Shown here: positions 38,001 to 49,864 of the stretch, one piece after another | How the letters are laid out: every line of letters starts with the position of its first letter | Numbering within the stretch: the stretch's first letter is position 1 | From: Macrostomum lignano | Lineage: Eukaryota | Reading direction: 5' to 3' | DNA length: 64,000 bases | Assembly (NCBI GenBank): GCA_002269645.1 | Contig: NIVC01003004.1 | Coordinates: 62,001 to 126,000 of the forward strand | Position numbers and translations under genes: made by a program | The notes under the pieces: model-generated | The model's input: only the letters and a program-made list of their open reading frames with translations | What the model was told of the DNA's origin: nothing | Databases searched by the model: none

Positions 38001-41000
38001 CTCTTTTAGGTTTGACATGGTGGCTCTTAAATGTTTGACATGGTGGCTCTTAAATGTTTGACATGGTGACTCTTTAATGTTTCAAATGGTGGCTCTTTAA
38101 TGTTTTACGTGGTGGCTCTTAAATGTTTGACATGGTGGCTCTTAAATGTTTGACATGGTAGCTCTTTAATATTCTACATTGTGGCTCTTAAGTGTTCGAA
38201 ATTGTGGATCTTTTAGGTTTGACATGATGGCTGTTTAATGTTCAACATAGTGGCTCTTTTATGTTTAACATGGTGGCTCTTAAATGTTTGACATGGTGGC
38301 TCTTTAATGTTCGAAATGGTGGCTCTTTTGTTTTACATGGTGGCTCTTTAATGTTTGACATGGTGGCTCTTTAATGTTTGACATAAAGTCACTTATATGT
38401 TCGAAATGGTGGCTCTTTTAGGTTTGACATGGTGGCTCTTTTAGGTTTAACATGGTGGCTCTTTTAGGTTTAACATGGTGGCTCTTTTAGGTTTAACATG
38501 GTGGCTCTTTTAGGTTTAACATGGTGGCTCTTAAATGTTCGACATGGTGGCTCTTTAATGTTCGACATGGTGGCTCTTTAATATTCTTCATGTTATAGCT
38601 CTTTCATGTTTGACATGGTGGCTCTTTTATGGTCGACATGGTGGCTCTTTAATGTTCGAAATGGTGGCTCTTTAATGTTCGAAATAGTGGCTCTTTCATT
38701 TTCGACATGGTGGCTCTTTATGTTTGACATGTTGGCTCTTTTATGTTTGACATGTTGGCTCTTTTATGTTTGACATGGTGGATATTTAATGTTCGAAATA
38801 GTGGCTCTTTTATGGTCGACATGGTGGCTCTTTAATGTTCGAAATGGTGGCTCTTTAATGTTCGAAATAGTGGCTCTTTTATTTTCGACATGGTGGCTCT
38901 TTTAGGTTTGACATGGTGGCTCTTTTATGTTCGACATGGTGGCTCTTTAATGTTTGACATGGTGGCTCTTTAATGTTTTACATGGTAGCTCTGTTATGTC
39001 CGAAATGGTGGCTCTTTAATGTTTGACATAAAGTCACATATATGTTTGACATGGTGGCTCTTAAATGTTTGACATGGTGGCTCTTTATGTTTGACATGTT
39101 GGCTCTTTTATGTTCGAAATGGTGGCTCTTTTTTGTTCTACATGTTAACTCTTTTTATTTGATACGGTGGCTTTTTTAATGTCTGACATGTTGGCTCTTT
39201 AATGTTCGACAAAGTGGCTCCTAAATGTTTGACATAGTGGCTCTTCAATGTTTGACAATGTAACTTTTGAATGTTTGACATGGTGGCTCTTTAATGTTTG
39301 ACATGGTAGCTCTGTTATGTTCGACATGGTGGCTCTTCTAGGTTTGACAATGTGGCTCTTTAATGTTTCACATGGTGGCTCTTTAATGTTTTACATGGTG
39401 GCTCTTTTATGTTTAACTTGGTAGCTCTTTGTTATTTTACATGGCAGCTCTTTTATGTTCGACATGGTGGCTCTTTAATATTCTTCATGTTATAGCTCTT
39501 TCATGTTTGACATGGTGGCTCTTTAATGTTCGAAATGGTGGCTCTTTAATGTTTAACACAAAGTCACATATATGTTTGACATGGTGGCTCTTAAATGTTT
39601 GACATGGTGGCTCTTTATGTTTGACATGTTGGCTCTTTTATGTTTGACATGTTGGCTCTTTTATGTTTGACATGGTGGCTCTTTAATGTTCGAAAAAGTG
39701 GCTCCTAAATGTTTGACATAGTGGCTCTTTGATGTTCGAAATAGTGACTCTTTTATTTTCGACATGGTGGCTCTTTAATGTTCGAAATGGTGGCTGTTTA
39801 ATGTTAGAAATGGTGGCTCTTTTATGTTTGACATAAAGTCACTTATATGTTTTATATGGTGCCTCTTAAATATTAGACATGGTGGCTCGTTTAGGTTTGA
39901 CATGGTGGCTCTTTAATATTCGATATGTTAGCTCTTTTATGTTCGACATGGTGGCTCTTCTATGTTTGACATTGCGCTTCTTTTATGTTTAGAAGTTTTG
40001 TGTTTTTAAGGTGTTTTAATAAAAAAAAATCTTTTTTGCCCTACTAAGATTCGAACCCAAGTCGCTACATTAGCATTCCAGTCTGTTCGCATCTGGGCTA
40101 TCTTTTTCAATTGGAGAACATAAATTGTGGCCCTTATAATTCAATTCTTACAGCAAGTCAATTGGAGTAAAAAGTTATGACATAATCAATTTCTCAGTCA
40201 GCCAGAATCAGTCTCAATTTAAGTTGCCAATATGGTTACGCAATTTCATTCAAGTCGTGTGTGCATTTCTTCGGCACTGTTTTCAACTTGTTGTGATGCA
40301 ATCTTTGTCAGAATCAGAATTCAGTCAGTCAGTTTTTTCTCTAGCATTCTTACAATGCATTTCAGGTCGAAAGAGCTGCTTGACCTTTGCAAAAAAGCAT
40401 GTTTTTCGAATATTTAATCCCTTTAAAATTGAGCAATTTCTTAGCCAAGATGCATGTACCGTCCCAGGAAAATTTCTGATCGAATGGTGCAAGTTTGAAG
40501 AAAATCGGTTAAGCCGTTTTTTCTGAAATCTATCTCACAGAGACACACATTTCATTTTTAGTATATAGGACTAGCAATCTTCGCCCCCCGTTGGGGGACA
40601 TCCGTATAGAATCTCTGTTCTCTACAAGTAATAAGAAGATAGCCAAATAAAGCTTTCACAAAGAAAACAGACAAACTACTCAAATGAAGTGCAATGCAAA
40701 AAGAAATCATCCCAAGACAGCAAACATCACCCAGATTGCAAGCATCCCCCGGATAGCAAGCATCCCCAGATAGCAAGCATCACCCAAATAGCAAGCATCC
40801 CTCAGATAGCAAGCATCCCCAGATAGCAAGCATCCCCCAGATAGCAAGCATCCCCCAGATAGCAAGCATCCCCCAGATAGCAAGCATCCCCAGATAGCAA
40901 GCATCCCCCAGATAGCAAGCATCCCCCAGATAGCAAGCATCCCCAGATAGCAAGCATCCCCAGATAGCAAGCATCCCCCAGATAGCAAGCATCCCAGATA

Positions 41001-44000
41001 GCAAGCATCCCCCAGATTGCAAGCATCCCCCAGATAGCAAGCATCCCCAGATAGCAAGCATCCCCAGATAGCAAGCATCCCCAGATAGCAAGCATCCCCC
41101 AGATAGCAAGCATCCCCAGATAGCAAGCATCCCCCAGATTGCAAGCATCCCCCAGATAGCAAGCATCCCCCAGATAGCAAGCATCCCCAGATAGCAAGCA
41201 TCCCCCAGATTGCAAGCATCCCCCAGATAGCAAGCATCCCCCAGATAGATAGCATCCCCAAATAGCAAGCATCCACCAGACAATAAGTAGCTAGTGCGAC
41301 ATTTCCTTAGCATTATAGTGGCTCCTTTAAAATTCGCTCACTTTTACGTTTGAAATTGTGTATCTTTTATGTTTGACATGGTGGCTCTTTTATGTTTGAA
41401 ATGAAGTCACTTATATGTTTGACATGGTGAATCTTTTAAATGTTTTACAGGTTGGCTCTTTAATTTTCAACATGGTGGCTCTTTTATGTTCGACATAGTG
41501 GCTCCTTTATGTTCGACATGGTGGCTCTTTTATATTAGACATGGTGGCTCTTTTATGTTCTACATGGTGGTTCTTTTATGTTCGACATGGCGGCTCCTTT
41601 ATGTTCGACATGGTGGCTCTCTAATGTTTGACATGGTGGCTCCTTAATGTTTGACATAGTGGCTCTTTAATATTCAACAAAGTGGCTCTTTAATGTTTGA
41701 CATAATGACTTTTTAATGTTCAAAATGGTGGCTCTTTAATGTTTGACATGGTGGCTCTTTAATGTTTGACATGGTGGCTCTTTAATGTTCAACATAGGGG
41801 CTCTTTAATGTTCGACACGATGGCACTTTAATGTTTGACATGGTGGCTCTTTAATGTTTGACATGGTAGCTCTTTAATGTTCGACACGATGGCACTTTAA
41901 TGTTTGACATGGTGGTTCTTTAATGTTCGACATGGTGGCTCTTTAATGTTCGAAATGTTTTTTTTGTTTTACAGTGGCTCTTTAATGTTCAACATGGTGG
42001 CTCTTTTTTGTTTGAAATAAAGTCTCTTATATGTTTGACATGGTGGCTCTTAAATGTTCGGCATGATGGCTCTTTAATGTTCGACATGAAGTCACGTATA
42101 TGTTTGATATAGAGTCACATATATGTTTTACATAGTGGCTCTTTTATGTTTAACATGGTGGCTCTTTTATGTTTGAAATGGTGGCTCTTTAATGTTTGAC
42201 ATGGTGGCTCTTTAATGTTCGACATAGTGGCTCCTTTATGTTCGACATGGTGGCTCTTTTATATTAGACATGGTGGCTCTTTAATGTTTGACATGGTGGC
42301 TCTTTACTGTTTGACATAGTGGCTCTTTAATATTCAACAAAGTGGCTCTTTAATGTTTGACATGGTGGCTCTTTAATGTTTGACATGGTGGCTCTTTAAT
42401 GTTTGACATGGTGGCTCTTTAATGTTCAACATAGTGGCTCTTTAATGTTCGACACGATGGCACTTTAATGTTTGACATGGGGGCTCTTTAATGTTTTACA
42501 TGGTGGCTCCATTATGTTTACATGGTGGCTCTTTAATTTTTGACATTGTGGCCCTTTAATGTTCGACATGGTGGTTCTTTAATGTTCGACATGGAGTCAC
42601 GTATATGCTCGACATGGTGGCTCTTTAATGTTTGACATTGTGGCCTTTTAATGTTCGACATGGTGGCTCTTTGATGTTTGACATGGTGGCTCTTTAATGT
42701 TCGACATGGTGGCTCTTTAATTTTTGACATTGTGGCTCTTTAATGTTCGACATGGAGTCGCGTATATGCTTGGCATGGTGGCCCTTTTATGTTTAGCATT
42801 TTGTGTTTTGAAGGTGTTTTAACAAAAAAATTATTTTGCTCTACTAAGATTCGAACCCAGGTCACTACATTACCAGTCCAATCTGCTCGCATCTAGGCTA
42901 TCTCTTTTTAATCTGAGAACATGAACTGTGGCCCTTTGAATTCAATTCTTACAGCAAGTCAATTGGAGTAAAAAGTTATGACATAATCAATTTCTCGGTC
43001 AGCCAGTATCAGTCCCAATTTAAGTTAGCAATATGGTTACGCAATTTCTATCAAGTAGTGTGTGCAATTCTTTGACACTGTTTTCAACTTTTTGTGATGC
43101 AATCTTTATCACAATCGGAATTCAGCCAGTCAGTTTTTTCTCTAGCATTCTTACAATGCATTTCAAGTCAAAAATTTGGCTTGACCTTTGCATAAAAGCA
43201 TGTTTTTCGAATATTTAATGCCTTTAACATTGAGCAATTTCTTAGCCAAGAAGCATGTACCGTCCCAGGAAAATTTCTGATCGAATGGTGCAAGTTTGAA
43301 GAAAATCGATTGAGCCGTTTTTTCTGAAATCCATCTCACAGAGACACACATTTCATTTTTAGTATATAGGATATTAAAGTCATGGTTGCTAAAGCGAATG
43401 CTTTGCGCTAATTTCTATACCAAAAACCCCATTGGGACGGCATTGATGACGGAATAATGGCTGCAGATAGTGTGGATTTGACGTGATGCTTTTTCCTTTC
43501 AGGTTAAATATCTGTCCAAGCTAGGTAACAATAAAATATCCAGCCCTTTTATATCTATCTTGAGGTTAAACTTCTAAATTGTGCATGGTTAGGTTTTATC
43601 ATAAAAGCTGAACTTTGCACAATACGATAATAATAATAACAATTGATTACACCTGCCCTAATGGGCAGATGTGCAACTGACAGCTCAGCCACAGTTATTG
43701 CGCCGCACACCTGAAGTCTGTCCAAGGACTGGGGAGTCCCCACACAAACCCTAAATTACCCGAGCTAATGCTGGCACCCATTTTACAGCTGGGTGGACTG
43801 AAGCAATGCAGAGTTGAAGTGTCTTGCTACTAGCTTGTACTAGCTTACAATACAAAAACCTCTGTTACTAATGGGGTTCTCATCAGAGCAAAAGCTTACA
43901 TCAATCTTGTAGAAGGTGAGCTCTTTCGGACGAATTGGTCGCAGAATGGTGAGAACGATAGTTTTCCCATCGGTATCCCAGGCTTTAAGCTCATACTCCG

Positions 44001-44525
44001 ACTTTGGCTGCCGCTTTAGCGTCTTATCCTCGGTCACACGGAAGTCAGCAATGGTCAGCTTGCGGGTGGATAAGATAGGCTTAGTTGAAAAATAGGCTTT
44101 TTGTTGCAAATGTCTCGAGTGCATCCAAAACCTATGGGTCTATGGGTACGACGTATCCGTATGGGTGTCTCTACCTAAATACTCGTAGTACTGTTGCACG
44201 TTATCGCTGAGTTCAGAAGCATGTATCAATATGGAATTTTCAAGCATTCATGAATCCTCACCAGCTCTGAAGCGTCAATGTACACGATCCCAAAGTCGGC
44301 GCCTTCAACCTTGCCGCGGTCTGAGAAGCCCAGTCCAACGACGGTGGTGCCCTGTGGCACTTCTACATTAAAAACTATGAAATTTGCGCGCCAATTGAAA
44401 TTCCAACTAAGTTGACAGCCGCCGCCCAAAGGTAGCTTATAGGGTAGCTTCTCTACCTGGCTTGGCGTGGAAGCATCTGCAGCTAAAGTCAGGCCAAAAA
44501 TCAAAAGCAATGCTGTAGGCAGCAT
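29010..44525 (-). CDS. Tbh: Tyramine/dopamine beta-hydroxylase (DOMON plus copper type II monooxygenase), 9 exons, ~575 aa
   Basis: Exons 44525-44262, 44058-43900, 33262-33020, 32923-32744, 30815-30537, 30072-29890, 29774-29587, 29495-29343, 29090-29010; signal peptide, DOMON GLGFSDRG, ETTYWC, Cu ligands LVHHL, ELHY, SQLHTH, NEMCLNY; YYPKSQLELCKS is DBH/TbH-type; one apparent missing base in exon 8. Confidence 0.93.
30898..32430 (+). mobile_element. Non-autonomous LTR retrotransposon (TRIM-like), 1.5 kb, in Tbh intron 4
   Basis: LTRs 30898-31169 and 32155-32430 (TG..CA, nearly identical, TATAAA at ~31095); 4-bp TSD TTAC; PBS TGGTGAGCCCGAC (tRNA-Trp-like); PPT GGGGGAG; no coding homology seen inside. 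Confidence 0.92.
31570..32100. repeat. 28-bp very GC-rich tandem repeat (TTCGGCGCCCGCCTGGCGCCCTGCTGCC)n inside the LTR element
   Basis: Direct periodicity. Confidence 0.9.
33905..36052. repeat. 24-bp dimeric satellite (GTAATCCTTGGTTTATTAATAGCA / ATAATCCTTGGCTTCTCGAGTGCA) in Helitron A
   Basis: Direct periodicity over ~2.1 kb. Confidence 0.95.
36140..36210 (-). ncRNA. tRNA-derived Pol III cassette in Helitron A
   Basis: TAGCCTAGAG (A box), GACTGCTAATG (tRNA-Ser-GCT-like loop), GGTTACGAATC (B-box-like), T-run downstream. Confidence 0.5.
36886..37317. repeat. 18-bp repeat (GATAGCAAGCATCCCCCA)n in Helitron B; degenerate version at 33556-33880 in unit A
   Basis: Direct periodicity. Confidence 0.95.
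37385..39990. repeat. 23-bp satellite (TTTGACATGGTGGCTCTTTAATG)n in Helitron B
   Basis: Direct periodicity over ~2.6 kb. Confidence 0.95.
40038..40103 (-). ncRNA. tRNA-derived Pol III cassette in Helitron B
   Basis: TAGCCCAGATG (A box), GGGTTCGAATC (perfect B box), then a T-run of ~10. Confidence 0.55.
40718..41282. repeat. 17/18-bp repeat (GATAGCAAGCATCCCCCA)n in Helitron C
   Basis: Direct periodicity. Confidence 0.95.
41345..42795. repeat. 23-bp satellite in Helitron C, same family as in unit B
   Basis: Direct periodicity. Confidence 0.95.
42838..42903 (-). ncRNA. tRNA-derived Pol III cassette in Helitron C
   Basis: TAGCCTAGATG (A box), GGGTTCGAATC (B box), T7 terminator downstream. Confidence 0.55.
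43626..43828 (-). mobile_element. 5'-truncated SINE with conserved central domain and (TTA)n tail
   Basis: GCAAGACACTTCAACTCTGCATTGCTTCAGTCCACCCAGCTGTAAAATGGGTGCCAGC; homologous to 45417-45752. Confidence 0.8.
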
Positions 44526-45416
44526 GTGTCTATCTGTTTTGGAGAGACTAATTTCCTGCAATGCACAGAAGAAAACGGTCCGACAAACTCAGAGAAAAAT
44601 GCTGTCTGATCGAAGGCGATTGCAGCTATTTATTCTTGGGCCTGTGCTATTTACATGCATTTGAGCTCCCATTCAGACAGCATTCTCAAGACTCAAATCA
44701 TTTGGTCCAATCCCCGGTGAGAGATGGAATTGTTCCGGGTCAGTGCCAACTCAGTCAGCTCTGGTTGGCTTTCTGGGGAAATGAGACTTCCAGTTCAGTC
44801 TGTCGTCTGTTAATTAGCTGAAAATCCAGAAAGAAATGAAAGTTTAAGCTTCAAACCAAGAACTTATCAGCAGAATGGACCAATGCCGATTGGCAAGCCA
44901 TCATATCATGCAAGTTGAATCTCCATTAAAAAGTGGATGCTGATTAGCAACTTTCTCGAGAAGTTTCGAAAAACTATCGCCATCTTGCTATGACTTGAGG
45001 GTTAATCGAGGTGTTCGACAGTTCTCAAGGTTTTAGAGATAAAGTAACTAATGCTCAGTGTTCACGGTTGAGTTTGCTAAGACCCGCCACTACAGGGTAG
45101 GTGTCTTCATGATGCCGCGTTCCAAAAACGATAATATCTGTCATCTAGAAACTATATGATTATATGGCTCGTATGATATGCGTCTTCATAATGAGAAACC
45201 TTAAATAAATTTCACTCTCAAAGCAGCTCTGACGCTGATGCACATTCCTGATCCAGCTATGTAAAAGCTATTCATCGAAAACTTCAACTGATTTTTATCA
45301 TCTAACAGAAGAAATGATTCTCTAAGCAGTGTAGACAATACTTGTAGACTTTTTGCAGCTAGGTTGGCTTGCACGAGTGTATGGAGCTAGTGATTTTTCA
45401 TTTGTGTATGTTTCTA

Positions 45417-45752
45417 GGTTGTAGCTTAATGGTAGGTCGTAATCCACTCGGAACAATTTGTGTCCTTGAGCAAGATACAGTTATGTAACTCTGCATTGCT
45501 TCAGTTCACTCAACTGTACAATGGGTACCAGCATTAGCTGGGGTAATTGCGGGTGTGTGGCGACCCCGCAGCAAGGACTAATTAAGTAGATATATAAATT
45601 ATTTCAGTCGTCCTTGCCCCGCAGCCGCAGTCCTTGGACTGAATAGCCGTCAGCCTGCAGATACGCGCGCAATACCTGCGGCTGAGCTGTCGGTCGCATG
45701 CACATCTGCTTATTAGGACAGGTGTAATCATGATTATTAATACTTATTATTA
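45417..45752 (+). mobile_element. SINE of the same family as 43626-43828, with internally deleted tRNA head
   Basis: GGTTGTAGCTTAATGG head; GTGTCCTTGAGCAAG..CAACTGTACAATGGGTACCAGC central domain (CORE/Meta/Nin-type); ATT-rich tail. Confidence 0.8.
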
Positions 45753-46559
45753 ACGCGAATATCTATCAATCAATTAGACTAAAAAACTAAAAGATGCATG
45801 CAAGTAACATCATTTTAAGCACAGCTTGTGCCTGCTGACTTCAAGATAGTTCGTACGATCGTATCAAGAACCTTGCCATCATACGAATGCTTCGCACAGT
45901 GCAGATATGGGCTGATAAGAGCTGAAGATGGCTACAGAGAAAATAACCAATGCATTAATGCCAACGGGTCCTGAGAGAATTGATTTGGAAAAAAGATCCT
46001 GTCAGCTTATGTCAGAAACAGATTTCCAGTAATGGACGGTGGAAGGTGTTTTCTCAACATTCTGATACAGGATAAGCGCTCCGTATTTTAACTCGCCACT
46101 CCAACAACTTACGTCATGTGCAGTGAATAAATGAATGCAAATCGCTTAGGACTACGCCTCTTGGAGTATCGAAGGCACTGCACTCATTTTCAGATAATAG
46201 TTAATACATTTACGTACATGTACATGTACATCCTGCAGCATATAAGAAGTAGTCAATCATGTGAATGTTGCCAAATTGTAATCAGTTCGAAAACCTAAAA
46301 AGAAATTCAGAAACTGGGCTCTCTCATCCGTAGAGTATCTTCTTATTAGCTTTCTTAGATCGATCTACAGACTTACGCGTCAATAGCGCGGACATGCGTG
46401 GTATAATAAACAAGTTAAATCCACTGTTGAATTGTAGCACGAGTACCATTCGCCTAATTTCAATAATCTGGGGGCACCAACGGACCTTCAAGTTAAGATC
46501 TACTGCCGTTGCATGAACGGGCGGGCGGCATTGCTGCCTCGCTGCAAAGAATTCATCTA

Positions 46560-46880
46560 CCAAGTGCCAAGCATCACGGACGACATGCATGGCACGGCGC
46601 AGGGCGCTTGCCTGGGGGGCATTCCGTACCGTGCGGACTGTCCCCGCGCTGCCGGATCGTCTGAGAGGGCGGCTGTTCCAGGCCGTCATAGAAACCGGCA
46701 ACTCGCTCATGCTGGACTTCTGTGAGCCGCATTCGGTGACCACTACTCGCCGACCGCCACCACCAACACCAGCAATGACGAGCCATCCCGACGGCCCAGC
46801 TAATCCCGACCTAGCCAGCTGCTACGCATCCGGCGCCTACAGCTGGCCGCCACGTCATCCGAGCAGAGTAGTACTGCCCT
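46560..46880 (+). mobile_element. 3' fragment of an RTE-type LINE
   Basis: RALAWGAFRTV..LRGRLFQAVIE resembles the conserved post-RT KAW.AF..L..LKLRLF.A.VES motif. Confidence 0.65.
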
Positions 46881-47734
46881 GAGTCGCTGCAGGACGTGCT
46901 GCTACTCTCCCTTCAAGAGCCTCGACTTCTCGCGGCTTGGTCAGGCGAGAAGTCTGCGTTTCGTCGACCTGCTTCTAAGAGACGATAAGATATCTGACTC
47001 TCGTGTACTCGCTGTTCTACGCAACTTTGCGCTTGCGCGCGCGTTTTGACAGCAGCCCAGCCTGGCTTGTCCCGGGCTGCTGTAGCTTGATATTGTTGCT
47101 GTTGTCGTTGCTGTTGTTGGTCGGCAACTTCTCGGGGTAGTGCACGCCTAGGGCGTAGCGCAGCAGGGACCTGTAGAGCGCGTCCAGGGCTCGCTCTCGT
47201 GTGTCAGTCATCGGCACCGCTTCCATGCCGTACAAGAGGATCGGCTCGGCTCCACGGCCGCGGGAAAGAGGGTAAGCGCACCTTCAGCTCGTCCCTCGCA
47301 GCTGAGCTGAAGACGTTCCTGAGCAGTCGCGAAGCGCGCCAGGCCTGATTCCTCCTGTCGGAGACAATGGAGTCCGGACTCGTTGCTAGCGATCCGAGAT
47401 ACCGGAAGTCTTCGCGCACCACGATGGCGTTTCCGTTGGGCAGCGAAAGTGCCGGAGCGGTGTCAGTGCCACGTGCATCACCTCTTGTCTTGGGCACGTT
47501 GATAACCAGCCACCCGATCGCCCTACACACAGAGCCGGGGATGAGCGCGTTGGGCAGCAGCTGGGTTGTGACAGAGCAGCGCGATGTCATTGGTGTGCGT
47601 GAGAGCAGGCAACAAAACAGCAGGATGTCGGGAGCTTCGGCGTGGGACCAGCAAGTAGCTGTCGTCTCGTCCTCTTGAAGGGAGCGGCGCAGCACGTAAT
47701 GCATGATAAAGAGCAGGGGAGCTAGCGTGTCTTG

Positions 47735-48515
47735 CTAAGTTGTAATTATTGAATGACAATGGCTAAAAACAAAGTTAAAAATTGTTTAAACACAAAACAA
47801 ACTTAAATAGTTATACTGGTTTTTTTCTTGGAAGATGCGAACCGATTCAGGATCTGAAATCGTAATGTGAAAAGCCGGAATTTTATTTTATTGTTTTTTT
47901 AGTCACAGGTTGTTTTTTAATTTGTTAAAGGCATTAAACTTGCCAATAAAAACTCTTCGCTGAAGTGGATCAATCTTAGGCGCCCTAACGAATCATTCGC
48001 CGAAATGGCCAGATTTAGAAGAAATAGCCAATAGGCCTAGTCTCTGCAAAAGCCCCTTCTGGTAAAGTGTAAAAAGCTACCCAGATTTTCGCAGAAAACA
48101 TTACCTGAAAATTTTCTGTCAGATTTGCAGTGTCTTGTTAAAAACTGTGGTCTCTGTTAAAAAAGCTAGTAAATAAAAATTTACTAGTAAAATGCGATCT
48201 TAATTTTTATTTCTGGCTGGTAAAAAGCAAGGTAAGACTTTACCCTAAAAACTTACCCGTAATTACCAGGTCCTTACCTGTAATTACCCAAACAAATAAC
48301 GCTGCGATATTGTTTATTTGTTTACGCTATTTAGGCGTCTATCAATGAGGCTTTTTATATTACCAATTCCAGAATCAGAATCGGTTCGGATCTTCCAAGA
48401 AAAACAGCAGTATAACTATTTAATTCTGTTGAATGTTTGGCTGCCTTAACAACCTCAGCACAATTTTTCACTTTCTTCTTGGCGATTGTCATTCAATAAT
48501 AAAAACTTTATAGCT
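47735..48515. mobile_element. MITE with ~140-bp imperfect TIRs inserted in the LINE RT domain
   Basis: TTATTGAATGACAAT..CTTGGAAGAT.CGAACCGATT versus AATCGGTTCG.ATCTTCCAAG..ATTGTCATTCAATAA. Confidence 0.75.
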
Positions 48516-49864
48516 CGTATCTCCCTCTAGTTATGGAGACAAAAAGTTATACTTTACAAATTGGTTCTGGACCAGAACAAGCAATATGAAAAGGCACGAA
48601 GTACTACCACTTTTGTTTAAATTTATCGCGATTTTTAAAACTAGCGCCGAATTATAAAAATCGTAAAGTAAAAATCGTAATGTAAAAAAATTAAATGTAA
48701 ATGTCAGGAATGACTATAAAATATAACTACCTTTTAGTGATGAAAATGCCTTATCATCTAATTAGTTATTGTATTAGTGGTACACATTAATTTACTGACA
48801 AGATTCAATTTATCTCAAGCTTATAATATTATATTTATCTATCTAAATTGAATTGAAATTAGAATTGAGCTTAATTCTTATATATCTAATCTAACTAATT
48901 CCAATTACTAATACTAGAACTAATATTATGTTTGTGCAATTTGATAACTTTACTGTATATAGTGCATATTGCATTTGCATTTTGAAAAAAAACAAAGTAA
49001 TGATTATACTTAGGCCCCTAAACAATGATTACCTATCTAAAAGTTTCTGCAACTTTAAGTTGAATGCCTCAAAGGTCCTAAAGTTAAGTAACTTTCTTTA
49101 CTTAAAAACACTTATAAAGTATGTTACTACAAAAACAAACAATTGTAAAAACAAACAATATGACATTAAATTTTGTGTTCTCATTTGTGTTCTCACTTTG
49201 TTTTTTTTGATTTTTTTATATTTGGAAGCATATTTGGAAATTGGAAAATGAAATTTCTGAATACAAAACATTCTGATTTCTATAAAAATGAGACTTTTTT
49301 TCAATTCGGATTCCAAATTTGAATATTTAGATCCATTGCTATTGATAGCACATGTGACCTAGAAGGCCATATAGCAGAGCCATAGCACTTTGACTAGGGG
49401 GCCTAGAACTTTGTTGGGGCCAAACGCCTTGCCACCTGATGTTTTTTGAGTGAATAGCCCAATGTCTATTGTGGTGACTGAGCTTGTATAGAAGTCTTTA
49501 ATCCTCAGCTAGGAGGGGCATATCCAGTGAGAATGCAAAACTAGCAAGCAACAACAATGCAGATGAGCTTATAATGCCAACAAAAAAGTTGCACAATTCA
49601 TTCTTGCATTCCTCTAGGGTGTCAATGGCTAGGTTTAGTGCCACATGCTTTTTGTGCCCTATCAGAGTCTAGATAGCTATTTACATTGCTGGGCTAGGCT
49701 GGCTAGCTGCAGTGATAGACCTAATGGCATTGTTGATAGTAGCCTACTGCCGCTTATCTAGAAGATGCTCAAATGTTTCTTCAGTGTAGCCTATGGGCTG
49801 CTAGTTTCTATGGAGCTGCTTGATATAGAGCCATACTTGCTTGATAGTTAGGTTGCTCTAATAG

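Larger units (their letters stand above)
36746..40570 (-). mobile_element. Non-autonomous Helitron unit B
   Basis: 5' TC at 40570; 3' hairpin GTCCCCCAACGGGGGGC plus CTAG at 36746; exact CTAG|TC junction with unit A. Confidence 0.88.
40571..43371 (-). mobile_element. Non-autonomous Helitron unit C
   Basis: A|TC at 43372/43371; 3' hairpin plus CTAG at 40571; exact CTAG|TC junction with unit B. Confidence 0.88.

Noticed and set aside
33473-41313. Long repetitive ORFs (518 aa LINQG, GDACYL repeats)
   Set aside because: Artefacts of satellite units with lengths divisible by three inside non-autonomous Helitrons
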